Numbered from the stretch's first letter, positions 12,991 through 27,421 are shown. The stretch: 64,000 nt of DNA from Eledone cirrhosa (GCA_964016885.1 OZ024740.1:375286001-375350000); one strand, 5' to 3'. Notes: a model not told the origin generated them from the sequence alone. Translations and numbers: made by a program.

Positions 12991-13580
12991 CTGTATGGAT
13001 TTGTGTGTGTAGGTGTGTGAGTGTCGGAGGGGTAGGTATGAGTGTATGTACAAGTCAACAAGCATAAACCTTTTATTTCTGAATTTTCTAAACTCTCTAA
13101 GTATTGGAATCTAACCATTATATTAAGTATTACCACCCCACATTTTGTATGTGTGGATGTGTGTGAGTGTCTGTGGAGGTGGGTGTGAGTGTAGTGCAAG
13201 CCAACCTACATAAGTCTCTTTATTTATAAGTGTTCTCTCCAACCATAAATTTCAGTAGCACCACTCCACATAAATTCCTCGATTTAAGAATGACCTATAG
13301 TATCTATTTCATACTATTAACCTTAATTGAATATATATCTGACCCGGAATGCCTTTTGTGAAAATCAGTCATATGGAACTATTGTCATCTTGCCTGACGG
13401 ATCCTCTACTGGTTAGGAGTCATCTAAACCACGTTTTATTGAACCTGATTTTATATATATATGTATATATGTATCATCTGTATATATATGTATATTTTGT
13501 TGTGTATATATGTGTATTTTATATATATGTATGTATATATATGTATATATTATATATATATATATATGTATATGTATGTG

Positions 13581-13623
<43 letters not shown>

Positions 13624-13759
13624 TTATGTGTGTATATATTTTGTGTATGTGTGTATTTTATGTATATATATATTTTTTATATTTTTATATGTATATATGT
13701 TTTATATATATGTATGTTCTGTGTATATATATATATGTGTGTGCTTGTGCGTACATACA

Positions 13760-13807
<48 letters not shown>

Positions 13808-14218
13808 CTGTATAGATTTGTGTGTGTAGGTGTGTGAGTGTCGGAGGGGGTAGGTGTGAGTGTATGTACAAGTCAACCACCATAAATCTTTTATTTCTAA
13901 ATTTTCTAAACTCTCTAAGTAGTGGACTCTAACCATTATATTAAGTATTACCACCCCACATTTTGTATGTGTGGATGTGTGTGAGTGTCTGTGGAGGTGG
14001 GTGTGAATATAGTGCAAGCCAACCTACATAAGTCTCTTTATTTGTAAATGTTCTACTCCAACCATAATTTCAGTAGCACCACTCCACATAAATTCCTCGA
14101 TTTAAGAATGGCCTGCACTATCTATTTCATACTATTAACCTTAATTGAATATATATCTGATCCGGAATGCCTCTTGTGAAAATCAGTCTTATGGAACTAT
14201 TGTCATCTTGCCTGACGG
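12770..14218 (+). repeat. Tandem direct duplication (~630 bp copies, period ~820 bp)
   Basis: 12770-13400 and 13620-14218 share GTGTCGGAGGGG...TCATCTTGCCTGACGG with scattered substitutions. Confidence 0.9.
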
Positions 14219-14409
14219 TTTGAACTTTACAAAACCACCTGCCTCTTTGAGGTCAAATACCAACCCTACTACCATCTACAAACTGACCAATGAGAATCAA
14301 GACTATTCCTGCTGACAACATTAAATTATTCCTAACAAGTTCATATGTCCCAAGGCTTTGATACCATCAGCACTATAAACACATAACAGGCATATCTAAG
14401 ACTGACTAC

Positions 14410-14463
14410 CTGCCTGATGAGGTCATAGCCATTCAAAGCCCATCATCGAAATATATATAACAG
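14410..14463 (+). ncRNA. Degenerate minimal type I hammerhead ribozyme motif
   Basis: CTGATGA-ggt...atc-GAAA-tatata-TA; stem I is weak (ctg/cag). Confidence 0.4.
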
Positions 14464-14590
14464 TAAATAAAGGATTTTGAGTTCATGCAATTGACTTATG
14501 TTTCGTCACTATATATATATAGAGATATAGATATAGATATAGATATATATAGATATATATTTAATGTATAATAAACAACACAGTATAATT

Positions 14591-14660
14591 ACCTCATTAC
14601 CCGAGGTTTCCCGAACAGGACGGACACAGGAGACGTCCGCATTCGTTCGTCAGATGAAGC
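14591..14660 (-). ncRNA. Type I hammerhead ribozyme in PLE pLTR
   Basis: Minus strand: cttcat-CTGACGA-acgaa..cggac..gtccg..ttcgg-GAAA-cc-tcg-gg-TA-atgagg. Confidence 0.75.
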
Positions 14661-15377
14661 ACTATAACATAGTAAGAAATTTGAAAATACCTCATCAAGA
14701 AAGGCTAAAATGTTTAACGGACAAAAAAATATAAATAAAAATAATAAGACAAAAATATATAAAAATAAAAATATAGAAATATAATGAGATGATGTGTGTA
14801 TATGTACATATGTACATATGTGCATGTGTCTACTGTACATATGTACATATGTGTGTACATATGTACATATGTGCAACTGCATGTGTATAGTGAAAATATG
14901 TATTCGTAAATTACATACATGAGGGCAAATATATTGTCGTATGTGTAACCACAAATACACATATATATATATATACGTTAAAAATAGAATTGTAAAATAA
15001 TGAAGTTTGCGTATATGCAGTCACAAAGACTAAGGGCTGATATATATACACATACAAACGTAAAAGGACGCACGCACAGAAACATATATACACGCAACCA
15101 CATACATGTATATAATATACACAGGGATGGGAATGTATAAAGTAATACGCAGAGTCAGACGGAAGGTCGATACAAATATAAAATATGATGAATAAATGAA
15201 AAAATATATGATTAAAAACAAAATATAATAAATAAAAAATAATAAATAATAAAAATTAAGGTAATGAGAAAGTAAGTGAGGGGGTGTAATAGATAAAGCA
15301 GTACTAGAAAAAAATAATAAGTAAACAAACATGCATACACATAAACACGCTCACACACACATATATATATATATATT

Positions 15378-15459
<82 letters not shown>

Positions 15460-17640
15460 TCCACACGTACACACACGACCATATGTATATATATATGTAT
15501 ATATATGTATATATATATATGAAAACACATATACATAAACGCACACACACATATATATGCACACATACACGCACACATACAAATGCGTTCGTATATATAT
15601 TCATACACATATACGTACATATACACACATAAGCATACATACATATATAAATCAACAACCATATGAATAATTGGGTACAAAATATACACAAGTTTACATA
15701 CATTAATACGACAGAGGGACACCGAAAAAAATCTGTAGTTAAAAATACAAGTGACATGTAATGTCTGAAAGTTAAAATAAAAGGGGAAGTAAAATAAATA
15801 TAATTATTATATAATTGTTAAAATATATCGTTAATGAATATGAAAAAGAAGGGGAGGGGGGGGGGTCAACTAGTGGATGTAAAGTAAAAGTAAATAATTT
15901 GTAAAACAGATTAACAGGTCTATACATAAGGTAAGTTAAGGAAAGTGAAGAACAAGAGTTTATGGAGGATAAGTTTCTGAAAATGACGTAAGTTCGTATA
16001 AGCTGGAAATCAAATGTGATTTCATGTGTGGGCAACTGGTGAAAATTCTGTTTTAGCATTTAGGCAGGTTTTTGGCGATTTAAGGTTCAATATTTTTCAC
16101 TTATGCAGAGGCTGCAGCTTTTTTATTTCTCTTGTGTATTCTTTAGATTGGTTCAAAATTGACCAATCCAATTTAAACTGAATACCTTTGTCCTTCAAAT
16201 CCCATATTCTGCTAGCCAGAGCTATTGTTAATCTTTTTTGAGGATGTCGGAATGATGCGACATGTGAATATTAACGCGTTTTGAATTTGTCTTGCGTCAT
16301 ACCCACATATCCTTCACTGGTGGCTGGTTGGTTGTTGCTGGTGGTTGTCACTTTGGCCTCATATACAATGGCTTTGGTGTTTCATTTACCTTGTAATGGG
16401 CATTCACTTTTAACTCTACAAGAACAATTTTGATATTCTCTGGGTGTTTTCTTATTAATGATATAATATTTAATAGAGTGACCGCAGGAGTAGCTGATTT
16501 TGACACAGTTTCTATTGAAAATCTTATAGTATCTATGTGTTCTGGGGAGTTCTAGGAATTTAGTTATCTAAGAGTTCTAGGAATGTTCTGCCTACATTAA
16601 TTTTAACTTCTAAAGAGTAGGGATGGGTGATGAACCAGATTATTTTTCTTTTCCTATTATTATGTTTAATGGAGTTAGTATTATTGGGTATGTACTTAAT
16701 AAGTTCATTGAAGCCACTATTTTGAAAGGCTTTATTATAGTCGAGGGAAACCATATTAAAAATAGCTTATGAGGAAGAGAGGGTAGAGATCCTACGGCTA
16801 ATATTTGGGATGAGATTTTTAAATACTATAGGAGGATGGCAAGAGCCTTTATTTATGGTACGGTATATAGGAAGCAGTAGGCAGATCTAGGTTTATATCT
16901 AGAAAATTAACATTAGAAAGGTTTGTGTAAGATTAAAACTATCGAAGGATTTTATTAAGTCTTTCCTGAACCTGTCTAAGTTATGGCCTATAGTTGTATG
17001 GGAAAGTATTAGACCATTATCACGATAACGCCGAATGGTATGGTTAGAAATTTCTCTTTAAGTGTGTGGAGGAGTAATAAGCCGACTAAATCACACACGT
17101 CAGCACAGTTAAAAGAACCCATTGAGACATCAAAGGGGTTCTCTGGGTTAGATCTGTTTACCCTAGTTTCATTATTAGCAAACACTAAAGTATTTTTATC
17201 ATGCAAAATGACATTCTCTTCAATATCAGAAATATTAATAAACTTTCTAGAAAAATGTAATGCTTTCGTTAACAGAGGGAGAGTAATAGACAGGTAGAAG
17301 TCTAGAATGTCAAATTGGGTGAATCTTGAATTATTTTCCCAATTTGACTTCTACCAGTCTATTACTCTCCCTCTGTTAACGAAAGCATTAAATGTTGCTA
17401 GACAGTTTATTAATATTGAAGATATTGAAGATAATGTCATTTTGCATGATAGAAATACACACACATACATATACACACATGCGCATATGTATGTACGTAT
17501 ACTCACATCATCTCACTATATTTCTTTATTTTTATTTTTATATATTTTTTGTCTTATTACTTTTATTTATATTTTTTGTCCGTTAAACATTTTAGCCTTT
17601 CTTGATGAGCTAATTTCAAATATCTTACTATGTTATATTG

Positions 17641-17707
17641 CTTCATCTGACGAACGAATGCGGACGTCTCCTGTGTCCGACCTGTTCGTGAAACCTCGGG
17701 TAATGAG
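17641..17707 (+). ncRNA. Type I hammerhead ribozyme in inverted pLTR
   Basis: tcat-CTGACGA-acgaa...ttcgt-GAAA-cc-tcg-gG-TA-atga; GUA cleavage triplet at 17700-17702. Confidence 0.8.
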
Positions 17708-17788
17708 ACAATTATACTCTGTTGTTTATTATACATTAAATATTTAGCACTCTTCATTCCTTTTATTTTTTCCACGGAAACTTCAACA

Positions 17789-17907
<119 letters not shown>

Positions 17908-18133
17908 AAGTGTAATGAATTCTTTTACAATGGAATTAGCTCGAAGGAGGAAATACCCCTGAGCCGTGTATAAACTAATATACATAAACGCACACACACA
18001 ATCTTTGTTGATTTATTATTTTAAATCGATATGGACAAACTGTAGTATAATAATTAGTATACTTCATTCTGGCTAAATTTTCTTTTGCAATATAAATACA
18101 GATGTGTTGGTATCTGTGTTTCATCATATATAT

Positions 18134-18164
<31 letters not shown>

Positions 18165-18365
18165 AGAACATTTCGCTCTACATGGCTGAATACAATAAAT
18201 GTAATCTGAATTTCTCGAATAATAATAACATTCGATTCGTTTGCAATTTTGCAAACAGGCCTCAATTTTATACCCATGTCAGTAGAATGAACATTTCATT
18301 CTTGCTCGTGTGTTGTGAAGTTATTGTGAAGTTTCTCTTAGGCTATATTCCAGGTGTCGGCAAGG

Positions 18366-18505
<140 letters not shown>

Positions 18506-18521
18506 ATATATATATATTTAT

Positions 18522-18690
18522 AAGAGACCCAGGGGTAGACCCCCTAGCAAGATGGTTGGATAACTTCTGGTCACGCTTGGAGATCCAGCTTGATCATTTG
18601 GAGAGGTTTGATTCTGACAGAACCATCTGGAAGGAGTGTTTGATGACTCTGCTTCCACGACCCTCTCAAGAATAAGTGGGCGAAAAAGAA
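18522..18690 (+). mobile_element. 3' fragment of RTE-type LINE
   Basis: [13 protein letters not shown]...DR..W C-terminal signature, embedded in (TA)n. Confidence 0.6.
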
Positions 18691-18734
18691 GAGCTACATA
18701 TATATAAGTATGTATGTATATATACATACATATA

Positions 18735-18838
<104 letters not shown>

Positions 18839-18980
18839 TACACATAGGTTTGAGCCTATAAATACATTTGTGTGCGTATGCTTATGCCTGTATATAGCAG
18901 TGAGTATTCTTGCATGTGTATGTGTATTGTTTCTCTTTTTCTCTTTAATTATTTTATTACGCACCCATCACCCCCCCCCC

Positions 18981-19025
<45 letters not shown>

Positions 19026-19855
19026 CCACACAAATATATAAATGTATAGAGATAGAAAGATGATTGCGTAAATATTGCGAAATTAATTGTTTTTTACTAT
19101 GTTTCACTCTCTCCATTCATAAGTGTGTTGTCATCTGTGGCTCGCTTAAAATATCTCTTTATACCAATTAGTGCCAATTAAGTATAGGAATAGTAATAAA
19201 ACTGAATGAAACGATTGGCGAAATAAATTTCTGATTTCATTTAAGTGGGAAGTTTGGCAAAATGGAAATTGTTTAAGTTTTAGATCATTTGAACTTCTAT
19301 CCAACCTAGAATATAACACATTTACAAGCAATTACAAGTTAATTTCCCAATTAATTTTAAAGATTTAATCACAACAACACTCACACAGGTTTAGCTATAA
19401 ATCTGTTAATTAAATATAAAACGTACTCGTGTTTTGAAATTACAAACAGCTAAAATAGCACTAATTTACAGACAAAATTAAACATAAAAAACCTCAGCCG
19501 TTGCTTTGAAATAGTAAACAATTTAACTTAAATGTATTTTAGATCAACCGATTAGTTTGATTATCGATTGTATAAACGGTAAAATCGATCATTAGTTTTA
19601 AAGAGATGATTATGCCCTTATATGAAATGATAATTAAACTCGCACATGAATAGGTAGATTAAAACAGGTTCGTGAGTGTAGATTTTTGAAAGGAAAATAG
19701 ATCTTATTGAAATACACATACACACACAAACACAGATACATACATACACACACAAACAGAAACATACACACACACACACATACACACACAAACATACACA
19801 TACACACATATATATATATTGGCAAATGTGTTAAATCCTTGGTACAGTAAGGTAT

Positions 19856-22800
19856 ATTTGAAAAAAGGAAAAGAATGACTTCACTTGTAACTCTAAACAA
19901 TTTAATTTTATAATATAATTTTAGAATTTGCTTTTGTAAATCTAGTAAGTTCTTTGCTAACTTCGGTGGGGAACATTTTTATGGTTTCCTGGTGAACGTT
20001 CATGGAGAACTTTCTCGCATTCGTCGGTTGCGTTGTCAATTTTATCTCAAGTTGTGTAGTGATGTAGAGATTTGAGTGTGTCTGTGTGGGACATGTTAAT
20101 GAGTGTGGGAGTGAAGGAATGTTGATGAAGATTTAAATGAATCAAAGCATATATATGCACACAAGACTTGAAAGAAAATAGTGAATGTTAAAAGCAAGAT
20201 AATTGATTGAGAGTGGAGTAGGGAGGTGTTGGGGGTGTAAGGGGTGGTTTAGAAACGGCTTGTGAAAGTGCCCTAGTGCTTGTTCCATTTCAATGGACGA
20301 CCTTTGGTGAATAAAATATAATGGCCAAATGTTTTCCAATTCTTTTTTATAGCTGAATCAACTATCTTAAATTTATAAAGAAAAGCTTCAACAATTTTCT
20401 ATATTAAAGATAAATTTGAATGTGAGCCTTATAAAAAGGGGATAAGAACAGAGAAAAAAATGAGGTTGTTTTTTTAATATTTGTTGTTAGAAATGTATGA
20501 TGCTGCTATTGGTTTGAGAATGGAGAGGGTGTGGGGGATCATGCTAGTTCACGTATTTACCTTCCTACATATAAACATACACACAACCCATATACATATT
20601 CTTGTGCATACCAATATATTTGCAAATGCACATGCACTCACACATATATACTTATATGTACATACATATACACACATATATATATATATATGTATATATA
20701 CATACACATATCCACATATATATGCATACATATATATATATATATATACACACACACATGCATACACATACCTGTAGACCTACAAATATACATACATACA
20801 CATATATACATATCTACTCACACATATGCATACATATCTACTCAAGTATTTATATTAACATATATACTGTGTGTGTGGGGGGGGGATGCTATTGTACCAC
20901 CGAGGGTTTTTCTCCTCAACGATCGAATGTTTGAAAGTGTGGATTTTCCCTTTCCGCATGTTGCGAAGTTTTTACTGCATATGGTATTTCTGAAAGAGGG
21001 GTCTTAATTTGTTGTTTATGTATACGAACCCTGTCATGTAGACCCGTTCGAATTTCACCAATGTGGTATTCTTTAGATTTTGGGGAGGTTGCACAGTAAA
21101 GTTTTTTTGTTTGGATTAAATTTGAAAGTCTCATTGTTTTGAAAGGAGATTTTCTCACCCTCTTCAATGTATTCACAAGTTATGCATCGAGGGTCTCCGC
21201 ATTTCTTAACTTGAATTGTTGCATTATCAGACGTAAATGTCGCCTTGGTGAGCAGTTTTTTTAGGTTGGCTGCTTGGCGTTTTCTATACATTATTTGGTG
21301 AGTCTTTTATGAGCACATTGATTTTGGGGAACTGGTGGAGAATTGGGAGATATTGTTGAGCGGATTTCACAATGTTGAAGTTCCTTGGGTTGTGAGTGAC
21401 GACAAAAGTGATAACTGTTTTTTCCTGTTCATTTTCTTGTGTTTCTCAGAGTCACTGGGATCTTCTGGACCTGGAGATGGCCGTATTGATGAGGTTCGCC
21501 GGATATTCTTGTCTGTTAAGGAACCCTTTCATATACTGTTTTTCCTGTAATGTGGAGTGTGTTACTATGGTGAAGATGTGGTTTGCCAGATTAAGGAATA
21601 TAATTGAGAAATGCGGCCACTCTTTTTATGATATGGTCGGACAACGAACATTTCCGGAAATATAAAGAAGAATTGTTCATTAAAAAGTACAAACCGCTAC
21701 TGAACACAAACAGACAAATGATATTCCATTTCCAATAACGGGATTTTCTCTTACTTAAAAAAAAATTGTATATTGAAAAACGAAAGATATCCAAATAGAT
21801 ATGGATGATACCCACACTTTCAAATATTCGATGGTTGAAGAGAAGAACAACTCTCGGAGGTACAGTACTTTTTCAATAATCCCCACCAATGTATAATTCA
21901 ACTTAAATACTTGAGTAGATATGTACATACGTGTGTGTAGATATGTATGTATATGTGTCTGTATGTACATATGTAGATGTACAGGTATGTGTATGCATGT
22001 GCGTGTATACATGTATGAATTTATGTGTGTGTGTGGATATGTGTATGTATATATTTATGTATGTATATATATATGTATGTGTGTAAAGTATGTGTATATA
22101 AGTATATATGTGTTGGTGCATGTGCACGTGTAAATATATGGGTATGTATTAACTAGAATATGTTTATGGGTTGTATGTATGTTCATATGTAGGGAAATAA
22201 ATATGTGAACTAGCATGATACCCATCACCTGCCCTCCCATTTCTACATCAATAACATACATTTCTATCAACAAATATTCCAATACTAACCTTATTTTTTT
22301 CTTTGCTATCCTCCCTTTTTATCAAAAGACACCACATTAACACCCTTCCCTCAGACATACACCTAAATTCATCTTTAATATAGAAGATTGTTGTTTTCCT
22401 TTATAAATTTAAGATAGTTGATTCAGCTATATATTTAAGATAGTTGATTCAGCTATGAGAAAAGAATTTGAAAAGCAGCTGGCCATTGTATTTCATTTAC
22501 CAAAGTCGTCTATTGAAATGGAATCAGCAAGAGGGCACTTTCACAAGGCCTTTCTAAAGCACCCCTTAAACACCCAACCACCTCCCACGTCCCCTCCCCA
22601 TCAATTATCTTGCTTTTAGCATTCACTACTTTCTTTCAGCTCACGTGTGTATATATATGCTTTAATTCCTTTAGATCTCCATCAACACTACTTCACTACT
22701 ACACTCATTAAGTAGCCCCAGCCAGAATCTCTTATATAATCACACATCATGACACGACCTGAGATCAGTTTGACAATCGCAACCGACGAATGCGAGAAAG

Positions 22801-22960
22801 TTCTGCAGGAAATTTAATCAGGAATCTTTAAAAAATCTCCCCACCGAAGTTAACAAAGAAGTTACTAGATCTACAAAACCAAATTGTAAAATTATATTAT
22901 AAAATTAAATTAAATTGTTCAGAACTGCAAGTGAAGTTATTATTTCTCTTTTTTTAAATG
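19856..22960 (-). mobile_element. Neptune-type PLE remnant between ~1 kb inverted pLTR-like arms
   Basis: Arms 19856-20870 and 21890-22960 are reverse complements. The core encodes KRQAANLKKLL...CGDPRCITC and a GIY-YIG-like YHIGE..L.DR..H, plus RT thumb remnants. Confidence 0.85.
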
Positions 22961-22966
22961 TATATA

Positions 22967-23047
<81 letters not shown>

Positions 23048-23091
23048 GTGTGTGTATGTGTTTGAATCTATATATATATATATATATATGT

Positions 23092-24252
23092 ATTATAATA
23101 AAATAACAGGAGGCTGCACTTGTGTAAAACCTTGAAACGTTTATTATACTATGATCATTTCAATGACCTGGTTCCGTATGAGTCCGGTGATATCAGGTAT
23201 TCGAAATATAATAAATGAATGTAACAGATAAAATCCATGGGACTGAAAATCATAGACCCGAGGACGACTGACCATCTACCATCTTCCACTTTAGCCGGTT
23301 GCCCTCAAGTGCTGGCTATTCGGTATACTTAAGGCTATCTGGTGAGGAGGCGAAAGCTTATAATGTGCTACTAACCTTCCAGTCAAAAGAGAAAAAAAGA
23401 CAGAAATAAAGAAGAAAGTTCTGCGTTAATGTCATGCTACAATCAGGCTAGGAATTGCCGCGAAAAATGTTATTCTAAAGAACCTATATCTTAACAGAGG
23501 TATATATTATAACAGAGGTATATATAGTGGGCGTCTGCATGGTAAAATGTGTGAACAGAAAATTGGAATGTTAAATTGTTGTTTAGATTTATAGGATGAA
23601 TTTTTAAAAAAAAACAATTAAATTAAAGATTAAAATTATAAAATTTAAAAAATTAGAAAATTAAAAATTTAACAGTTTGAACAAATTTATGGTTTGGGTT
23701 GCGAGATTTAGTTAAAGAATTTACAGAGAGAGTCGTTTATGAAAAAATGTTAATTGTATTATAGAGATCCTCGATAAGTTTTCACGGTGGGATATAGAGT
23801 AAAGATTAAGTCCTTCTTTAGCAGTCAAACAGCACGCGACGACTGCAGACTCCGGCTAGCCCATCCTAACCACGTGTCAGACAATTGCAGCCTGATTGTA
23901 GCATGACATTAACGCTGACTTGTCTTCTTTCTTTCTGTCTTTTTTTCTCTTTTGACCGGGAGGTTAGTAGCACATTATAAGCTTTCGCCCCTAGGCCAGA
24001 TAGCCTTAAGTAGACCGAATAGCCAGCACTTGAGGGCGACCGGCTAAAGTGGAAGATGCTAGATGGTCGGTCGTCCTCGGGTCTATGATTTTCAGCCCAA
24101 TGGATTTTATCTGCTACATTCATTTATTATATTTCGAATACCTGATGATATCACCGGATTCATACGGAACCCGGACATTGAAATGATCATAGTATAATAA
24201 ACCTTACAAATATTTACACAAGTCCAGCCTCCTGTTATTTTATCATAATATT
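23092..24252. repeat. Inverted repeat unit (~365 bp arms, ~425 bp spacer) carrying a hammerhead
   Basis: 23092-23457 is the reverse complement of 23882-24252. Confidence 0.9.
24138..24195 (+). ncRNA. Minimal type I hammerhead motif
   Basis: atac-CTGATGA-...ccgg..ccgg...-GAAA-tgatca-TA-gtat, with palindromic stem III ATGATCAT. The left-arm copy (23146-23200) has a 3-nt core deletion. Confidence 0.65.
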
Positions 24253-24440
24253 TAACTCCGTATTCGCACCACCAACTACACAAACGAAGACGGTTGAGCT
24301 GTTTTACGTTGAGTACGCTCCATATTTTTACATCAAGATTGACCATACGGAATGACAAGCTCTATCCAGTGGTGAACCTTCAAACCTCAATATATATATA
24401 TATATATATTTTTTTTTATTTTTTTTTATTTTATAGAAGG

Positions 24441-24491
24441 AGATTCTACAGGACTAGTACTGTTTCATTCAGATGAAATCTTCAGGAAGCT
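24441..24491 (-). ncRNA. Type I hammerhead ribozyme
   Basis: ttc-CTGAAGA-tttca-tc-tgaat-GAAA-cag-tactagtc-ctg-TA-gaa. Confidence 0.7.
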
Positions 24492-25341
24492 GGGTGTCAT
24501 ATTAAGTTCTGGTATTTATACATTTAGGTAGTGGTAAGGGAGGGGTGGTGGAAGGGGTTGGGGGGGGGGGGGTATTTAGATACACAGGACCACTTCATGG
24601 CACAGGCCGTTTTTTCTTTGGGAGTGGTCAATTAGCCAGAGTGCTTTTTTGAAATAAATAAATAAGTAAATAAATAAATAAATAAATGAATAAATAGATA
24701 AAAGAATAAATAAATAAAATAAATAAAAAAATAAATAAAAATAAATAAATAAAAACCCCAGATATATAGTAGGGAAATTTAGGTGGGTTGGTAATAGAAA
24801 TTAAACATTTAACAAGACCGAATCATCAAATAAGTAAATAGATAAACAAATAAATAAATAAATGGATAAATAAATAAATAAGTAAATAAAGTAACTAAAT
24901 AAATAATATTATTATTTGTTTATTTATTTACTTATTTGCTGGTTTATTTGTTTATCTGTTTGTTTGTTTATTTGTTAGTTAACTCATTCATTTATTTATT
25001 AATTTATGAGTGAATGATTAGGTAATGAATAGATAAGGGATAAAAGATAGGTAACGAATAGTGAATGGTAAATAGTAAGTAATAAATAATAAATAGTAAT
25101 TAATTACTTGATGATAATATTAATAACTTAATAGTGACATTAATTATTTCATCCTCTATCAGGCCCAGTCTAAAATTTAAAATTTAAAATTTAAATTTTG
25201 TCCCACTACCTTTATACTATAGACACATGTATGAGTGCGAACGAGTGCGTGTTTGTGCATATGCGTTTATGTGTACTTATTTGTATGTATGTATGTGTAT
25301 GTATGCGTGTTTGCTTGTAAATGTGTATGTGTGTGTATGTA

Positions 25342-25448
<107 letters not shown>

Positions 25449-25461
25449 ATAGGTATATATG

Positions 25462-25492
<31 letters not shown>

Positions 25493-25649
25493 GAGATTTT
25501 ATATGTATGTGTGTGTGTGTGTGTATATATGTATATATATGTGTGAATGTATGTGTTTGTGTGTGTATGTATGTGTATGTATGTGTGTGCATACGTATGT
25601 ATGTGTATGTATAGTATAGTTTACACGAGAGAGACATACGTACATGTAG

Positions 25650-25727
<78 letters not shown>

Positions 25728-25730
25728 ACA

Positions 25731-25771
<41 letters not shown>

Positions 25772-25953
25772 ATGCGCACGTGTGTATGTGTATATATATA
25801 TATATGTGTGTATGTGTATGCGTGTGTGTGTATATTTGTGTGTTTGTGTTTTTCTTGTGTATATATGTATATATGTGTATGTATGTAGGTGTGTGTGTGT
25901 ATATGTATGTGTGTGTATGTGTATACGCACACATATGTGTGTGTGTGTGTATA

Positions 25954-25998
<45 letters not shown>

Positions 25999-26027
25999 AT
26001 GTATATGTCTGTGAATGTGTAGGTGTG

Positions 26028-26141
<114 letters not shown>

Positions 26142-26670
26142 GGTATATATGTGTGTGTAAGTGTTTAAATATGTGTGTGTATATATATGTGTGTGTAAGT
26201 GTTTGTGTATGTGGCTGTGAGTATGTAAATATATTTTATTCTTTCCATCCTACAAAAACACTCTGGCCACCTGTGGCTTGTATGTTAACTTGACCACTCT
26301 CCCCAGTCTGTGCCATGATTCGCTCTTGTTAAATGTTTAATTTCTATTACCATCCCACCTAAATTCCCCTACTATATATCTGTTGAATTACTATTCTTGG
26401 GGTTTTTATTTATTTATTTTTATTTATTTTTTTGTTTATTTAATTTATTTATTCTTTTATCTATTTATTCATTTATTTATTTATTTACTTATTTATTTAT
26501 TTCATAAAAGTACTCTGGCTAATTTACCACGCCCCAAAGAAAAAACGGCCTGTGCCATGAAGTGGTCCTGTGTATCTAAATACCCCCCCAACCCCAACCC
26601 CCAACCCCTTCCACCACCCCTCCCTTACCACTACCTAAATGCACAAATACCAGAACTTAATATGACACCC

Positions 26671-26721
26671 AGCTTCCTGAAGAATTTATCTGAATGAAAC
26701 ATTACTTGTCCTGTAGAAGCT
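26671..26721 (+). ncRNA. Type I hammerhead ribozyme
   Basis: agcttc-CTGAAGA-attta-tc-tgaat-GAAA-ca..tg-TA-gaagct (6-bp stem I). Confidence 0.75.
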
Positions 26722-26834
26722 CCTTCTATAAAATAAAAAAATTTACTCTGCCATGTATTGAGTACCTTACTTACTGTGGTTATCCCCGACTCAACCCGGG
26801 ACCAACGTATATATATATATATATATATATATAG

Positions 26835-26957
26835 AAACCAGTAAGACCCCGACAGCTGAGCTCAAGCCGTTTCGACGGCTAATTCTGGACTAAAAATTCC
26901 AGTCCAGAATTAGCCGTCGAAACGGCTTGAGCTCAGCTGTCGGGGTCTTACTGGTTC
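26835..26957. repeat. Perfect palindrome (~56 bp arms, 9 nt loop) derived from a pLTR
   Basis: ACCAGTAAGACCCCGACAGC...CTGGACT-aaaaattcc-AGTCCAG...GGGGTCTTACTGGT. Confidence 0.95.
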
Positions 26958-27064
26958 CTATTACCCACTCTACTACCTCAAGTATTGAGTACTTTGGTGC
27001 GTTATGGTCCACCTGGTTCCTTACCACATTTCCTTCGTTATATATATATATATACATATATATT

Positions 27065-27252
27065 TCTGGCGTCCAGAAATAGCCGTCGAGAGGGCTTGAG
27101 CTCTGCCGTCGGGGTCATACATTTTCCTATCACCCACTCTACTACTCTAAGTAGGGTACTCAATACTTAGAGTAGTAGAGTGGGTAATAGGAAAATGTAT
27201 GACCCCGACGGCAGAGCTCAAGCCCTCTCGACGGCTATTTCTGGACGCCAGA
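27065..27252. repeat. Near-perfect palindrome (~89 bp arms) of the same pLTR family, in the opposite polarity
   Basis: TCTGGCGTCCAGAAATAGCCGTCG...CTCTAAGTA / TACTTAGAG...CTGGACGCCAGA. Confidence 0.95.
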
Positions 27253-27355
27253 CCGTCGTATATTTGCGTGTGTGGATGTGGGTGAATGTATATATATATA
27301 TATATATATATATACAATATTAAATAAATGGAAACTATATTTATAAAACCATATT

Positions 27356-27421
27356 TATTTCATTATATATATTTCAGGGATGACATATTAACAATATGCT
27401 ATGCCTTCCTCAGACAAAATA
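27356..27421 (-). ncRNA. Minimal type I hammerhead (inverted copy)
   Basis: Reverse complement of the motif at 27751-27816. Confidence 0.75.
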
